A stretch of 64,000 nucleotides of DNA from Trueperaceae bacterium (GCA_965215565.1 CBDCDZ010000004.1:2176001-2240000); one strand, 5' to 3'. Positions 41,701-52,823 are shown, numbered from the stretch's first letter. Numbers and translations are program-made. Notes: generated by a model from the letters alone, not told the origin.

Positions 41701-42164
41701 GCTAAATCTGTATCAGGCTCGCCAGGGTGAGGATGTCCTATAGCACGCGCCATCGCTAGAGCCTGCCCCTTGTGATGAAATTCGTGGGTTATAGGATGAA
41801 GGATGAGCCAGCGCCTAGATAACGCAATGTCTTCTCCGGAGGAGGCTGTCCAGATAAGAGGTGCATCCAAGTCGGTAAAGCTGTCCAGCGCTTTTGAAAC
41901 GGCGGCATCTACTTCAGCAAATACGGTGCGTAAAGCCTGAACATCGTCCACTTCAACTGTAGACTCGTCTGCACCGAGACCCACCGTACCGACCCACCAC
42001 AAGTAGGTTTCTGCCACATGAGCCTGAATTGCGTTCAAACTACCGTAAGCAAAGCTGTCATCTTGCATGGTGAACACGTCGGGCGGCAGCGTCTCAAGCC
42101 AATCAAGCACTTTTGCTCTAGTGCGCTTTGTGAGGTCATAAAAGGTTCGTAAGTCCTGATTCAT
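41691..42164 (-). CDS. DinB family protein
   Basis: HVAETY..W; H.ITHEFHHKGQ. Confidence 0.9.
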   Translation of the reverse strand: MNQDLRTFYDLTKRTRAKVLDWLETLPPDVFTMQDDSFAYGSLNAIQAHVAETYLWWVGTVGLGADESTVEVDDVQALRTVFAEVDAAVSKALDSFTDLDAPLIWTASSGEDIALSRRWLILHPITHEFHHKGQALAMARAIGHPHPGEPDTDLADP

Positions 42165-42221
42165 ACTTCAGGGTAAACCTTTTGAGCGCGGATAGTTGCA
42201 GATTCAGCTTGGAGTATGCTT

Positions 42222-42686
42222 TTACATCTCTACACCAATAACAACAGACATAAGCTCATAACGGTCTCTAGCAACGAAGCCTAAGGTTGCGTAAAAGCGC
42301 CGCGCCTGTTCGTTTGTCTTAGCCACTTCCAAATGAAGGGCGACGACTTTGTGCTGAGCAAGTTCGGACTTAACTCGAGCAATCACCTTTGAGCCCACCC
42401 CCAAACCTCTGTTCGGCTCGCTGATAAAAAACTCATCAAGATAGGCGTCTCGCCCTCCTAACTCGATACTGTAGCCAAAGGTAATCACGATGTAGCCGAT
42501 TACTTTTTCTTGAATGCGAACAAGCCAGATACGACCTAAAGCGGCGTCTGTAAGCAAGGGACTCACCGCGTTGCGCCTCTCTACATCAGACATACTGATT
42601 TCCTCAAAGTCGTGGTAAGCACGCATGAGAGGTAGCAGGTCTTCTAAGTTTTGAGAAGTAGCGGTTTTGATGTCAAAGTCGGTCAT
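42222..42686 (-). CDS. GNAT acetyltransferase
   Basis: YLDEFF.....RG.G.G, LEV...N..A..FY...GF. Confidence 0.9.
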   Translation of the reverse strand: MTDFDIKTATSQNLEDLLPLMRAYHDFEEISMSDVERRNAVSPLLTDAALGRIWLVRIQEKVIGYIVITFGYSIELGGRDAYLDEFFISEPNRGLGVGSKVIARVKSELAQHKVVALHLEVAKTNEQARRFYATLGFVARDRYELMSVVIGVEM

Positions 42687-42753
42687 GGGGTTGTGGTGTG
42701 GCTTGGTTTAGGTTCTCGAGCCGCTATGCAAAGAGGTCTTTCGTAAACGCCTT

Positions 42754-43482
42754 CTACTTTAGAGAAACCTTATTATAGATGACGGGCATCTGCCCCTGCC
42801 ATCTTTGCCACGTCATCTCATCCGTGACGAGGTCAGCCATGAAGTGTGCCACGTTGACGCGGCTCGTTTGACCCGGATCAAAGATAGCGCTTCTCGTCGG
42901 TGAGGCGTGCAGTTCGTAGGCGCTCACGCTAGCTTCGTTCGTTAAACCGTCGGGACGAACGGCAGCCCACTCGGTTGCTTTATCATTTTGACCCACCTCA
43001 GTTCGCAGGTAGTCGGCAGCTTCTTCGTTATCTGCGTGGGGCGGTAAGAGGCGGCGGAGCAGCGCAACGACGACTTTTTGACCCTGGGAAATGGGCTCAT
43101 CAAGGTCACGGTTGCTGTTGCCAGCGGTGTTCATCAGAACGAACTTAACGGGCTTAGCAGGCGTGTTCGTTTTGATGGCGTGGCACAGTCGCCGGGTTGC
43201 CTCGGTGACGAGCCTGCGCGGATGACCGTAAAGACCTTTCAAGGTCATGTTATGCCCTAAACACGAAGCAACGGCGTCACAACCTTTTACGTGCTGAGCC
43301 AACTCAGCGTCGCTAAGCTCTAAAAGGCTCGCTCGGATGGTAGAGAGGTTTTCATGCTGCCTGAGTTCTGCGGGTAGTTTGTTAGGACGCACGATAACCT
43401 TGACGTTCTGCCCGCGCTCCAGTAGTTGCGCCACGAGCAACCGCCCCGTCGCGCCGCTTGCGCCGACGACAAGGGTTTTCAT
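42754..43482 (-). CDS. NAD(P)H-binding atypical SDR (flavin-reductase-like)
   Basis: GASGATG, W..VRP..L, SRVNVA.FM. Confidence 0.88.
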   Translation of the reverse strand: MKTLVVGASGATGRLLVAQLLERGQNVKVIVRPNKLPAELRQHENLSTIRASLLELSDAELAQHVKGCDAVASCLGHNMTLKGLYGHPRRLVTEATRRLCHAIKTNTPAKPVKFVLMNTAGNSNRDLDEPISQGQKVVVALLRRLLPPHADNEEAADYLRTEVGQNDKATEWAAVRPDGLTNEASVSAYELHASPTRSAIFDPGQTSRVNVAHFMADLVTDEMTWQRWQGQMPVIYNKVSLK

Positions 43483-43574
43483 TTTTTACTCTGTTTGCTT
43501 GTGTAACTACTCATATGGGTTAAGGTCATCATGCTTACAATCTACTAAAAATTATGTCGGGATGAATCCTTCAA

Positions 43575-43650
43575 AAGGAGGAAGAGGTTGTAGAGACCTT
43601 TCTCGACTTTACGAAAGGGGACCTCGAGGCGTGCACCACGTTCGAATGAT
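43575..43650 (+). pseudogene. Relic of a DUF433 antitoxin C-terminus
   Basis: Translates KEEEVVETFLDFTKGDLEACTTFE*, versus the intact EEEILEDFPDLTKEDFKACIAF. Confidence 0.6.
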
Positions 43651-43659
43651 CATTAACCC

Positions 43660-44268
43660 TTACCAAATCTCGCCCAGCTCGAGCACAAACCCCTCTAAAA
43701 CCCCAGTTCCTCTAATCTCTTGGGGGTGCTCTTGTTCTTCCACGCCTTCAGAAGTATAGATGTAAATGCGCCTCTCTTGTGGGTCGATGAGCCAACCTAG
43801 CTCCGAACCGTTCTCCAAATACTCCTGCATCTTGTCCTTGACGACTTCTAAACGGTCCGTAGGCGAGCGAAGCTCTAGGACAAATTCAGGGCATACGGGT
43901 GGATGTTTATCCATCTGCGCGGGGGTGAGTTCAGCTAATTTATCTCTGCTCACCCAAGACACATCAGGGGAACGAACTGCGCCGCTAGGCAAGCGGAAGC
44001 CTGTTGAGGAATCGAAAATTTTACCGCGCTTATCTTGACGGTTCCAAGCGACAAACTGGTAGGTGAGTTCTGCGTTGCGGTTTCCTGTACGTCCTCCGGC
44101 GGGTGGCATGACGATAAGTTCTACTCGAGCACTAAGTTCCATGCGGAGGTCTCGGTTAGCCTGAGCAACGTCGAAAAACGTGTCAGCGTTTAAGTCAAAT
44201 GGGGGACTAAGACGCATGACGAGTGGGTGCCAATTGATGGAGCGTTCTTTGAGCGTATCCACAAACAC
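43660..44268 (-). CDS. Uma2-family PD-(D/E)XK endonuclease
   Basis: FDSSTGF.LP.GA.RSPDVSW, P.FV.EL.SP.D, KMQEY..NG..LGWLIDP. Confidence 0.92.
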   Translation of the reverse strand: MFVDTLKERSINWHPLVMRLSPPFDLNADTFFDVAQANRDLRMELSARVELIVMPPAGGRTGNRNAELTYQFVAWNRQDKRGKIFDSSTGFRLPSGAVRSPDVSWVSRDKLAELTPAQMDKHPPVCPEFVLELRSPTDRLEVVKDKMQEYLENGSELGWLIDPQERRIYIYTSEGVEEQEHPQEIRGTGVLEGFVLELGEIW

Positions 44269-44329
44269 CTCCTTTTCTTTTAGGCGTGCTACATCCTATT
44301 TTAGCCTACTGAAAACCATCTGAGCACTG

Positions 44330-44396
44330 CTACGTTCCTAGCGTCACCACGCAAAGAGGGATTTCATGAGCCCCATCGACTTGCAGGAGCCTCGAG
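44330..44396 (-). pseudogene. Displaced copy of the last 21 codons plus stop of the SagB-like gene
   Basis: Encodes SRLLQVDGAHEIPLCVVTLGT*, identical in amino acids to 45055-45121; 10 of 67 nt differ, all synonymous. Confidence 0.93.
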
Positions 44397-44450
44397 CAGA
44401 CTGAAGAGTAAAAACTTGCTATCTATTAAAGGTCATCTTACACTTTCTCT

Positions 44451-44681
44451 ATGAACTATCAGGATTACATCACTATTGACCCCAATAAACGAGGGGGCAA
44501 ACCTTGCGTTCGGGGACTCCGAATCACCGTTTACGAGGTGCTCGATTATTTAGCTTCGGACATGACCGAAGAGGAGATTTTAGAGGACTTCCCCGACCTT
44601 ACGAAAGAAGACTTCAAGGCGTGTATTGCATTTGCGGCTGAGCGCGAACGCCGTTTTTTGACCGTTCCACCTGCGGCGTGA
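44451..44681 (+). CDS. DUF433 antitoxin (VapB45-like)
   Basis: I..DP..RGGKPC.RG.RITV..VL.....T.EEIL.DFP.L..ED..AC..F; TACACT 6 nt before ATG. Confidence 0.93.
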   Translation: MNYQDYITIDPNKRGGKPCVRGLRITVYEVLDYLASDMTEEEILEDFPDLTKEDFKACIAFAAERERRFLTVPPAA

Positions 44682-45013
44682 AGCTGCTGTTTGACCAAAA
44701 CCTTTCACACCAACTGACTCATTTGCTCAGCGACCTCTTCCCCAACTCACTGCACGTCAGAGATGTGGGGCTCAAAGCTGCCGATGACCCCACCGTGTGG
44801 AACTACGCAAAAGAGCACGGCTTCGTCATCGTCTCGAAAGATTCCGACTTTCATCAGCGGAGCCTCGTACTTGGCTATCCGCCAAAAGTCATCTGGATAC
44901 GGCTAGGGAATTGCTCAACTGCAGAGATCAAACAACTTCTTAGGCAGTATGAGGACGCAATCAAATCATTTGAAGGCGACTCTGAAGCTACGTTCCTCAG
45001 TCTTGCATGGTAA
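44678..45013 (+). CDS. DUF5615 PIN-like toxin (VapC45-like)
   Basis: MKLLFDQNLS, HV...GL....D..VW.YA, SKDSDF, PPKVIW.RLGN; GTGA overlap with the antitoxin. Confidence 0.93.
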   Translation: MKLLFDQNLSHQLTHLLSDLFPNSLHVRDVGLKAADDPTVWNYAKEHGFVIVSKDSDFHQRSLVLGYPPKVIWIRLGNCSTAEIKQLLRQYEDAIKSFEGDSEATFLSLAW

Positions 45014-45054
45014 CGAGAGTAAATTCGCTGCTTTTGCTAACAGCTAATCGCTTC

Positions 45055-45762
45055 TTATGTTCCTAGCGTCACCACACAAAGGGGTATTTCGTGAGCGCCG
45101 TCTACTTGCAAGAGCCTCGAGAGTTCATCGTCATAAAACTCCGCCCTGATCGTCGAGGCAAGCTCCAGAGAGACCGCCGCTAAGACCGCACACTGCGCCG
45201 CAGCCCCTGCTTCCAAGTACAAGTAGCGGTACGCCCGACTCTTCGAGCCGTCGTCGATGCGGCTGGGGATGCCGGTATAGGCAATGACAGCCGCGCACGC
45301 GCTGATGTCGGTGTCACCTAGAAGGGCGTCGGCGAGGTCTAGGCTGGGCTCGGTCTGGACGAGGTGCTCTAGGGCGTGTTCACGCGGGTTGTAGTGATAA
45401 ACGCCCGAAAAGACATCCTCAATGCGCCGCACAATGAGGTAGCACTCCAAGCCCGCGAGCGGAACCGCTGTGGCGTGCGTGCGCTGTCCGCCGTAGGTAA
45501 AGCCCGCTGTGGCCCACAAAATCTGCGAGATGTCGTGCTGGCGCAAGCGTCCACCCTCGGGGATGTTCTCACGTGTCGTCGAGAGAGTCTTCCAGAGTCC
45601 ACGACCGTTTTTGAGGTCAGGCACGGGCAACGAGGCGACCTCCAAGGGATTGGCATAGACCTTGTACGCGGAAATGTTCTTACCCGTTCTATTCGGCAAG
45701 GAGCCTCGGCGGTACTTGGTCTGCGATTGGAAGCTTTCGCCTATCGTCTTGTCTTTCTGCAC
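45055..45762 (-). CDS. SagB/nitroreductase-family protein
   Basis: SQILWA, GVYHYNP.EH.L, RAYRY.YLEAG..AQ, FYDDE...LL. Confidence 0.85.
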   Translation of the reverse strand: MQKDKTIGESFQSQTKYRRGSLPNRTGKNISAYKVYANPLEVASLPVPDLKNGRGLWKTLSTTRENIPEGGRLRQHDISQILWATAGFTYGGQRTHATAVPLAGLECYLIVRRIEDVFSGVYHYNPREHALEHLVQTEPSLDLADALLGDTDISACAAVIAYTGIPSRIDDGSKSRAYRYLYLEAGAAAQCAVLAAVSLELASTIRAEFYDDELSRLLQVDGAHEIPLCVVTLGT

Positions 45763-45952
45763 GCTCTTCTCCTAAGCAGGTGTTTTTTCGGTCTGTGTTC
45801 TCGCAAGTCTGTGTTCTTATAAGGTAGAGAGGGTCACTCACAAGGTCACAACCACGTCACAAACCTCTTGGTTACAAAAAGCTCTTAGGAACTTCTAACC
45901 TCTTTGCTGAACCTCTTCGCCGCTGCCGTAAGTCTACTGGAGTGTACCAGGA

Positions 45953-46003
45953 AGCTAGTCAGCTTGTCAGGACAAACCTGAGGTGCTGACTAGCTGAGAT
46001 GCT
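45953..46003. repeat. Repeat family E copy
   Basis: ctagtcagcttgtcagg...cctgaggtgctgactagctgagatgct. Confidence 0.55.
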
Positions 46004-46024
46004 TTGTAGTGATACAACTGAGTT

Positions 46025-46996
46025 GTGACTCCCTCTCTGCTCGAGTGGTTCCACCAACATAAACGCGGTCTCCCGTGGCGGCGCGACAAGACCCCCTACC
46101 GCGTGTGGGTCTCCGAGGTGATGCTGCAACAGACGCAGGTAAAGGCGGTCATTCCTTATTTTGAACGGTGGGTGGAGCGTTTTCCTGATGTGAAAACGCT
46201 TGCGGATGCACCTTTGGATGAGGTGCTCAAAATGTGGGAAGGCTTAGGGTATTACCGCCGCGCCAGATTGCTACACGCTGGGGCGAAAGAGGTTGTGGAA
46301 ACGCATGAAGGACAGTTGCCAGAGACTTATGAAAGATTGCTCGAGCTACCCGGCATCGGCACCTACACCGCCGCCGCTATCACCTCATTAGTTTTCAACG
46401 AAGACGTTTTAGCCGTAGATGGTAACGTCAAGAGAGTCACGGCGCGGGTCTTTGCACTTTCAGGTGTTATTACAGAAAAAGAGGTAAAAGAGAAGCTACT
46501 CCCGCATCTTCCGAGAGGTCAAGCGGGCGCGTTCAATGAAGCGTTAATGGAACTCGGCGCGACGGTCTGCACGCCGAAATTACCGCTTTGCCCTGTCTGC
46601 CCGATTTCAAGGGATTGTACAGCGTTTCAAAGAGGTGAGGTCTCGAGCTTCCCCGAGCCGAAGAAGAGGAAGAAAGTCCCTCACCTGAAGAGGTACGCGC
46701 TCGTTTATCAAAGAGATGCGTCGCTTTACTTGCGGCAAAGAGGTGAAAACGAGATGTTGGGCGGGCTGTGGGGCTTTCCTCTGGTTGAGGATGCACCTAT
46801 GGGCAAGAGGTTAGAAGAGGTTCAGCACGCTTACACGCACTTCAAAATTACAGTGACGCCCGTGCTGGTTCACGAAAAGCCGGAAGAGAGTAAATCTGTG
46901 CTGCTAACCTCTATTCCAGATTTCGCACTGTCCAAACTCGACCACAAGATTTTGGAAAGGTTGCCTCGAAGAGCAGACCTCATCGCTGAGGTTTAG
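46025..46996 (+). CDS. mutY: A/G-specific adenine glycosylase
   Basis: LPWR, VSEVMLQQT, GLGYY.RAR, LPGIG.YTA, C..K.P.C..CP....C. Confidence 0.97.
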   Translation: MTPSLLEWFHQHKRGLPWRRDKTPYRVWVSEVMLQQTQVKAVIPYFERWVERFPDVKTLADAPLDEVLKMWEGLGYYRRARLLHAGAKEVVETHEGQLPETYERLLELPGIGTYTAAAITSLVFNEDVLAVDGNVKRVTARVFALSGVITEKEVKEKLLPHLPRGQAGAFNEALMELGATVCTPKLPLCPVCPISRDCTAFQRGEVSSFPEPKKRKKVPHLKRYALVYQRDASLYLRQRGENEMLGGLWGFPLVEDAPMGKRLEEVQHAYTHFKITVTPVLVHEKPEESKSVLLTSIPDFALSKLDHKILERLPRRADLIAEV

Positions 46997-47059
46997 TGCG
47001 TGTAGCGCGAAACTTAGCTGCCCTCATACACCACGTTAGTTCACGCTATAGAGTGCGCT

Positions 47060-47962
47060 GTGCTCAGTGTTCTTTTTATCCTTCTAGGTATCGCTTTGCT
47101 ATGGCGACGGTGAACTGCTGGTGAGGTTCGCCCTACGCTTTAAGCTCAGCCCCTTGGTCATCGGCTTGACGGTAGTTGCGTTTGGGACGAGTGCCCCTGA
47201 GTTGGCAGCGACGCTCACCGCGTCCTTAAACGGTGCAGAGGCGATTGCGGTAGGTAACGTCGTCGGCTCGAACATCGCCAACGTCGGGCTCATCTTGGGA
47301 CTCGCCGCGCTTTTACTCCCCATCGCGATTCAGGAGAGCGTACTCCGGCGGGAGATGCCCGTCGTGATCGGGGCTAGCGTGCTGCCGCTCCTTTTGTTTG
47401 CGGACGGGGCGGGGGTGTGGGGCGGCTCGAGGGGGGCGTGCTCTTCGCGCTGCTCCTCGCGTATCTCGTGTGGATGCTCCGCACTCCGAACGAAGACGAA
47501 GCGTTAGACCCCGACCTCTACCCGCTCTGGCTCACGCTCGCAGGCATCGTCGGCGGGCTCGTGCTGCTCGTTTTAGGCGCACAGGTGCTCATCGAAGGAG
47601 CGACCTCTTTGGCCCTCTCCTTCGGCGTGCCGGAGCGCATCATCGGCTTGACCCTCGTGGCGGTAGGGACGAGTTTACCCGAACTGGCGAGTTCACTCGT
47701 GGCAGTTTTGAAACGTGAAACCGACCTCGTGCTCGGCAACATCATCGGCTCGAACATCTTTAATGTCCTATGCATTTTAGGCGTCACGAGCATGGTCACG
47801 CCCCTAACGCTCCCCTTCGCTGCGCTCCGCCTCGACCTCTTGGTGATGCTCGCGTTCGCCGCGCTCACCTTTGTCTTTTTGCTGACGCAGCGCAGGCTCG
47901 AGCGTTGGGAGGGCGGCGTGCTCGTGTTGGCGTACGGGGTCTATGTGGCGTGGCTGTTTTAG
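47060..47962 (+). pseudogene. Ca2+/Na+ antiporter (YrbG-like) with two frameshifts (~47100 and ~47410)
   Basis: GTS.PEL and GN..GSNI.N alpha-repeats fall in different frames; the N-terminal TM is in a third segment. Confidence 0.8.
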
Positions 47963-48027
47963 GCTTGCGAGCGCAGTCCAGTATCTCACAAAGCGTCTCT
48001 GTCACCCCGAATTGTTACCCTTAAACG

Positions 48028-48327
48028 ATGAGCGAACGACGCAAAACCCTAGAGCGCACCTTGACGCGCACCCTCTCTGAACTCATCCCCGAACTCCAAG
48101 ACCCACGTATCCCTATCATTGTTACTGTGGAACGCGCCCGCTTCAACGCGGACCTCTCACAAGCGAAGGTCTTGGTGAGCGCTTTGGGCGACGAGCGTGA
48201 ATTGGAACACATGGAGACCGCCTTAAATAGAGCGAGCGGCTATCTTCAACGTGAACTCGCCCGTGAGATGCGCTCGCGCAACACGCCTAAGCTGACCTTT
48301 ACGACGGACCCGTCACAGGTGTTATGA
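48028..48327 (+). CDS. rbfA: Ribosome-binding factor A
   Basis: DPR...VTV.....ADL..AKV.VS, L..A.GYL, R.TPKL.F..D. Confidence 0.9.
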   Translation: MSERRKTLERTLTRTLSELIPELQDPRIPIIVTVERARFNADLSQAKVLVSALGDERELEHMETALNRASGYLQRELAREMRSRNTPKLTFTTDPSQVL

Positions 48328-48330
48328 GAC

Positions 48331-48473
48331 AGTTGAAAGCAATGAGTAATCCCCTTTCGGGGTTACGCAGTTTTCCGAAGGAAACGATTACGAAGTTTTC
48401 GCGGAGGCGAAACGGTGAGCAACGAGTAAGAAGCCTTTCCACTTATTGCTCATTGCTCGGAACTCATTGCTAC
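48331..48473. repeat. Repeat family A copy with two nested GAA-hairpin micro-elements
   Basis: agttgaaagcaatgag...tacgcagttttccgaaggaaacg...tacgaagttttcgcggaggcgaaacg...attgctcattgctcggaactcattgct. Confidence 0.75.
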
Positions 48474-48907
48474 TACAAGCAACTTCAGTTCCTCTCAGGC
48501 AACGCGCTGTGAGACTCCGAGTAAGATTTGCCGAAACCGACCAAATGGGTATCGCCCACCACAGCAGTTATGTCTTGTGGATGGAAGCGGCGCGGGTCGA
48601 GTGGCTGCGCGAAAGAGGGATTAGCTACGTCGAGATGGAACGTTCGGGCGTCTCGTTAGCCGTGAGCGGCGTGACTATCAACTACCGGGCAGCGGCACAC
48701 TTTGACGATGAGGTTGAGGTGGAGACCAAACTTGTGGAGGGGAAGAGTCGGCGTTTTCGCTACGCTTACAGATTGACGAGAGCTACTGACAGCACCCTCT
48801 TAGCCACCGCCGAAACAGCGCACACACCTGTTGACCGTTCGGGTAGGGCGATCAGACTTTCCAAGGACTGGTTGGGGAAGCTCGAGCCTCACCTACAGAC
48901 TATCTGA
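48467..48907 (+). CDS. Acyl-CoA thioesterase (4HBT/YbgC family); start codon uncertain
   Basis: RVRFAETDQMGIAHH..Y..W.E.AR. Confidence 0.85.
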   Translation: MLLQATSVPLRQRAVRLRVRFAETDQMGIAHHSSYVLWMEAARVEWLRERGISYVEMERSGVSLAVSGVTINYRAAAHFDDEVEVETKLVEGKSRRFRYAYRLTRATDSTLLATAETAHTPVDRSGRAIRLSKDWLGKLEPHLQTI

Positions 48908-48944
48908 GCGAGAGCGCTATAATTATTCCCACTCGGGCGGGTAG

Positions 48945-50525
<1,581 letters not shown>

Positions 50526-50624
50526 CGTATGCGTTACTCCGCACCCTATATAAGCGGAGTCCGCGTCTCGCCTTGCGTTTTGCGTACGCGCAGCAAAAGC
50601 CTCCCATGTTAGCTTAGACCCACG

Positions 50625-52460
50625 ATGCAAACCCTCAAATCCCAACTCAAACACGCCCTCGCCGACGCCCTCCAGAAGATGCCCATAGATATGGAGGCGG
50701 AGGCTCCCGACATCGCGGTTCAAGAGGTCCCAGAAGGTAAGGCGGGCGACTACGGCAGCCCCGTCGCTTTTGGACTTGCTAAAACGCTCCGCAAAAACCC
50801 GGCGGCGATTGCGCAAGAGATTATCGGAGGCTTAGACCTGCCCCCCGGCGTCCGAGAAGCCAAAGCGGTTGGACCCTACATCAACTTTTTCGTGGAGCCT
50901 GCAACCTTCGTTCAGAGCGCTGCGATAGTTGACGTGCCTTTGCCCGCTCAGAGTAAGAAGGCGATTGTCGAGCACACCAGCGTCAACCCGAACAAAGAGG
51001 CGCACGTAGGGCACTTGCGCAACATCGTCTTAGGAGACGCTTGCGCCCGCATCCTCCATGCGGCTGGTTTCGAAGTCGAGATTCAGAACTACATCGACGA
51101 CACGGGGCGGCAAGCGGCGGAGTCCATCTTTGCGACGACGTATTTTAAGGCGCAGTACGACGGGTCGAAGAAGTATGACCACTGGTTAGGCGAGCTTTAC
51201 GTGAAACTTGGCGAGGCGAAGGAGACGGACGGCGAGGCGATTGAGCGAGGTGTCTCGGAGGTGATGCACCGGCTCGAGCGCGGCGAACTCCGCACGAAGG
51301 TGGAGGACGTACTCCGGTCACAGTTGGAGACCTACTACGCGCTAGGTGTCGAATACGACCTCTTGGTGTGGGAGTCCGACATCGTGCGGAGCGGCTTCTT
51401 GGCGCAGGCGTTGGACGTTCTCAAAAGCAGCGAATACGTCTTCGAACCCGGTGAGGGTAAGTTCGCGGGCGCACTCGTCATGGACGTGTCCTCTTTTATT
51501 CCTGGTTTAGAAGAACCTTATGTCGTTTTGGTACGCAGCGACGGCAACGCGGTGTACGTCGCTAAGGATATCGGCACGCAGTTTTGGAAGGTCGGGCTTT
51601 TCGAGGGGCTGAAGTTCACGAAATTTGATACGCAACCTTTAGGCAGGACGCTCTATACCAGCAATCCTGACGGCGAAGAACACCCAGACGGGCACACCTT
51701 TGCGAAAGCGGATGAGGTCATCAACGTCATCGACGTGCGGCAGTCGCACCCGCAGACGATTGTAAAAACAGCGCTGGCGCTGACCGACGCGGCGCAAGGG
51801 TTCGAGGCTTCGCATCATTTGGCATATGAGGTGGTGACACTCGAGGGTCAAGCCATGAGCGGGCGCAAAGGGATTACCTTATCCATCGATGAGGTGATTG
51901 AGGAGGCGACGAAACGCGCAAGAGGTGTTGTCGAGGAGAAGAATCCTGATCTAATCACGATTGATGAGGTGGCGCGTCAAGTGGGCATCGGCGCACTGCG
52001 CTTTGGAATGCTCAAGAGCGAGGCGAAGCGCATCATCGACTTTCGCTGGGAGCAGGCGCTCTCGCTCCAAGGGGACTCTGCGCCCTACATCCAATATGCG
52101 CACGCGCGGGCGTGCAGCATTCTCCGGGCGGGAGAAGGGTTGGATGAGAAGGATGCAGATTGGAACAAGGTAGGCGCGTTAGAGGTCAAGCTGGCGCAAG
52201 AAATCGCGCGGCTACCCGAAGTCACGCTAAATGCAGCCAAGAGCTACGCGCCGCATCTGGTGGCGCAGTATGGGCTCGAGCTAGCTACGGGTTGGAACAG
52301 CTACTACAACCATAAAGATGAGCAGGGGAAGCCGGACACGCAGGTGCTCAAAGCGGAGCCCGGACTCCGCGAGGCGCGTTTAGCCTTGGTAAGGCGCGTC
52401 AAGGAGACGTTAGCGCAGAGTTTGGACCTGTTGGGTATCGCTGCGCCCGAAGAGATGTGA
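50625..52460 (+). CDS. argS: Arginine--tRNA ligase
   Basis: EHTSVNPNK..HVGH.RN, MSGRKG, G.SAPYIQYAHAR. Confidence 0.97.
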   Translation: MQTLKSQLKHALADALQKMPIDMEAEAPDIAVQEVPEGKAGDYGSPVAFGLAKTLRKNPAAIAQEIIGGLDLPPGVREAKAVGPYINFFVEPATFVQSAAIVDVPLPAQSKKAIVEHTSVNPNKEAHVGHLRNIVLGDACARILHAAGFEVEIQNYIDDTGRQAAESIFATTYFKAQYDGSKKYDHWLGELYVKLGEAKETDGEAIERGVSEVMHRLERGELRTKVEDVLRSQLETYYALGVEYDLLVWESDIVRSGFLAQALDVLKSSEYVFEPGEGKFAGALVMDVSSFIPGLEEPYVVLVRSDGNAVYVAKDIGTQFWKVGLFEGLKFTKFDTQPLGRTLYTSNPDGEEHPDGHTFAKADEVINVIDVRQSHPQTIVKTALALTDAAQGFEASHHLAYEVVTLEGQAMSGRKGITLSIDEVIEEATKRARGVVEEKNPDLITIDEVARQVGIGALRFGMLKSEAKRIIDFRWEQALSLQGDSAPYIQYAHARACSILRAGEGLDEKDADWNKVGALEVKLAQEIARLPEVTLNAAKSYAPHLVAQYGLELATGWNSYYNHKDEQGKPDTQVLKAEPGLREARLALVRRVKETLAQSLDLLGIAAPEEM

Positions 52461-52636
52461 TTGACGGCGTAAGGGCGAGCTTGAAACTAGTGCGACTTTC
52501 CGCCGTTGTCTAAACAGTATTAAAAAAAAGCCTCCTCGGAGGCTCTCGACAAAATAGGGACGGAGTTCGCATTGCGCTGCATGTTGTCCGTCTCAAAGTT
52601 GGGGTAAGGAAAACCCTATTACGAATTTCTTACAAA

Positions 52637-52819
52637 TAGCAGGTACCATCTGGTCAGCTACACCCTTACTATAGAGAACATCGTTTCCTTCGGAAAACTT
52701 CGTCTGCTCGCTCACGCGGAGCAGCTTTCAGAAATGTAGCACGCACTTTAGGTGATGATATCTGCGAAGAAGTGTTGCTTCGCATAACTACGTTCAAGCA
52801 ACGATAGGTGGAACTGCTA
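52637..52819 (-). mobile_element. MITE-like repeat family B, copy 4 (183 bp, expanded by nested micro-elements)
   Basis: tagcaggtaccatctggtcagctacac...tagcacgcac...ggaactgcta. Confidence 0.75.
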
Positions 52820-52823
52820 AAAT

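Noticed and set aside
40614..44268. Integron cassette array
   Set aside because: No intI and no RYYYAAC...GTTRRRY attC palindromes in the spacers; the genes carry their own promoters.
45055..45762. SagB-like gene as part of a thiazole/oxazole RiPP cluster
   Set aside because: No YcaO, precursor peptide or transporter nearby; stand-alone members of this family are common.
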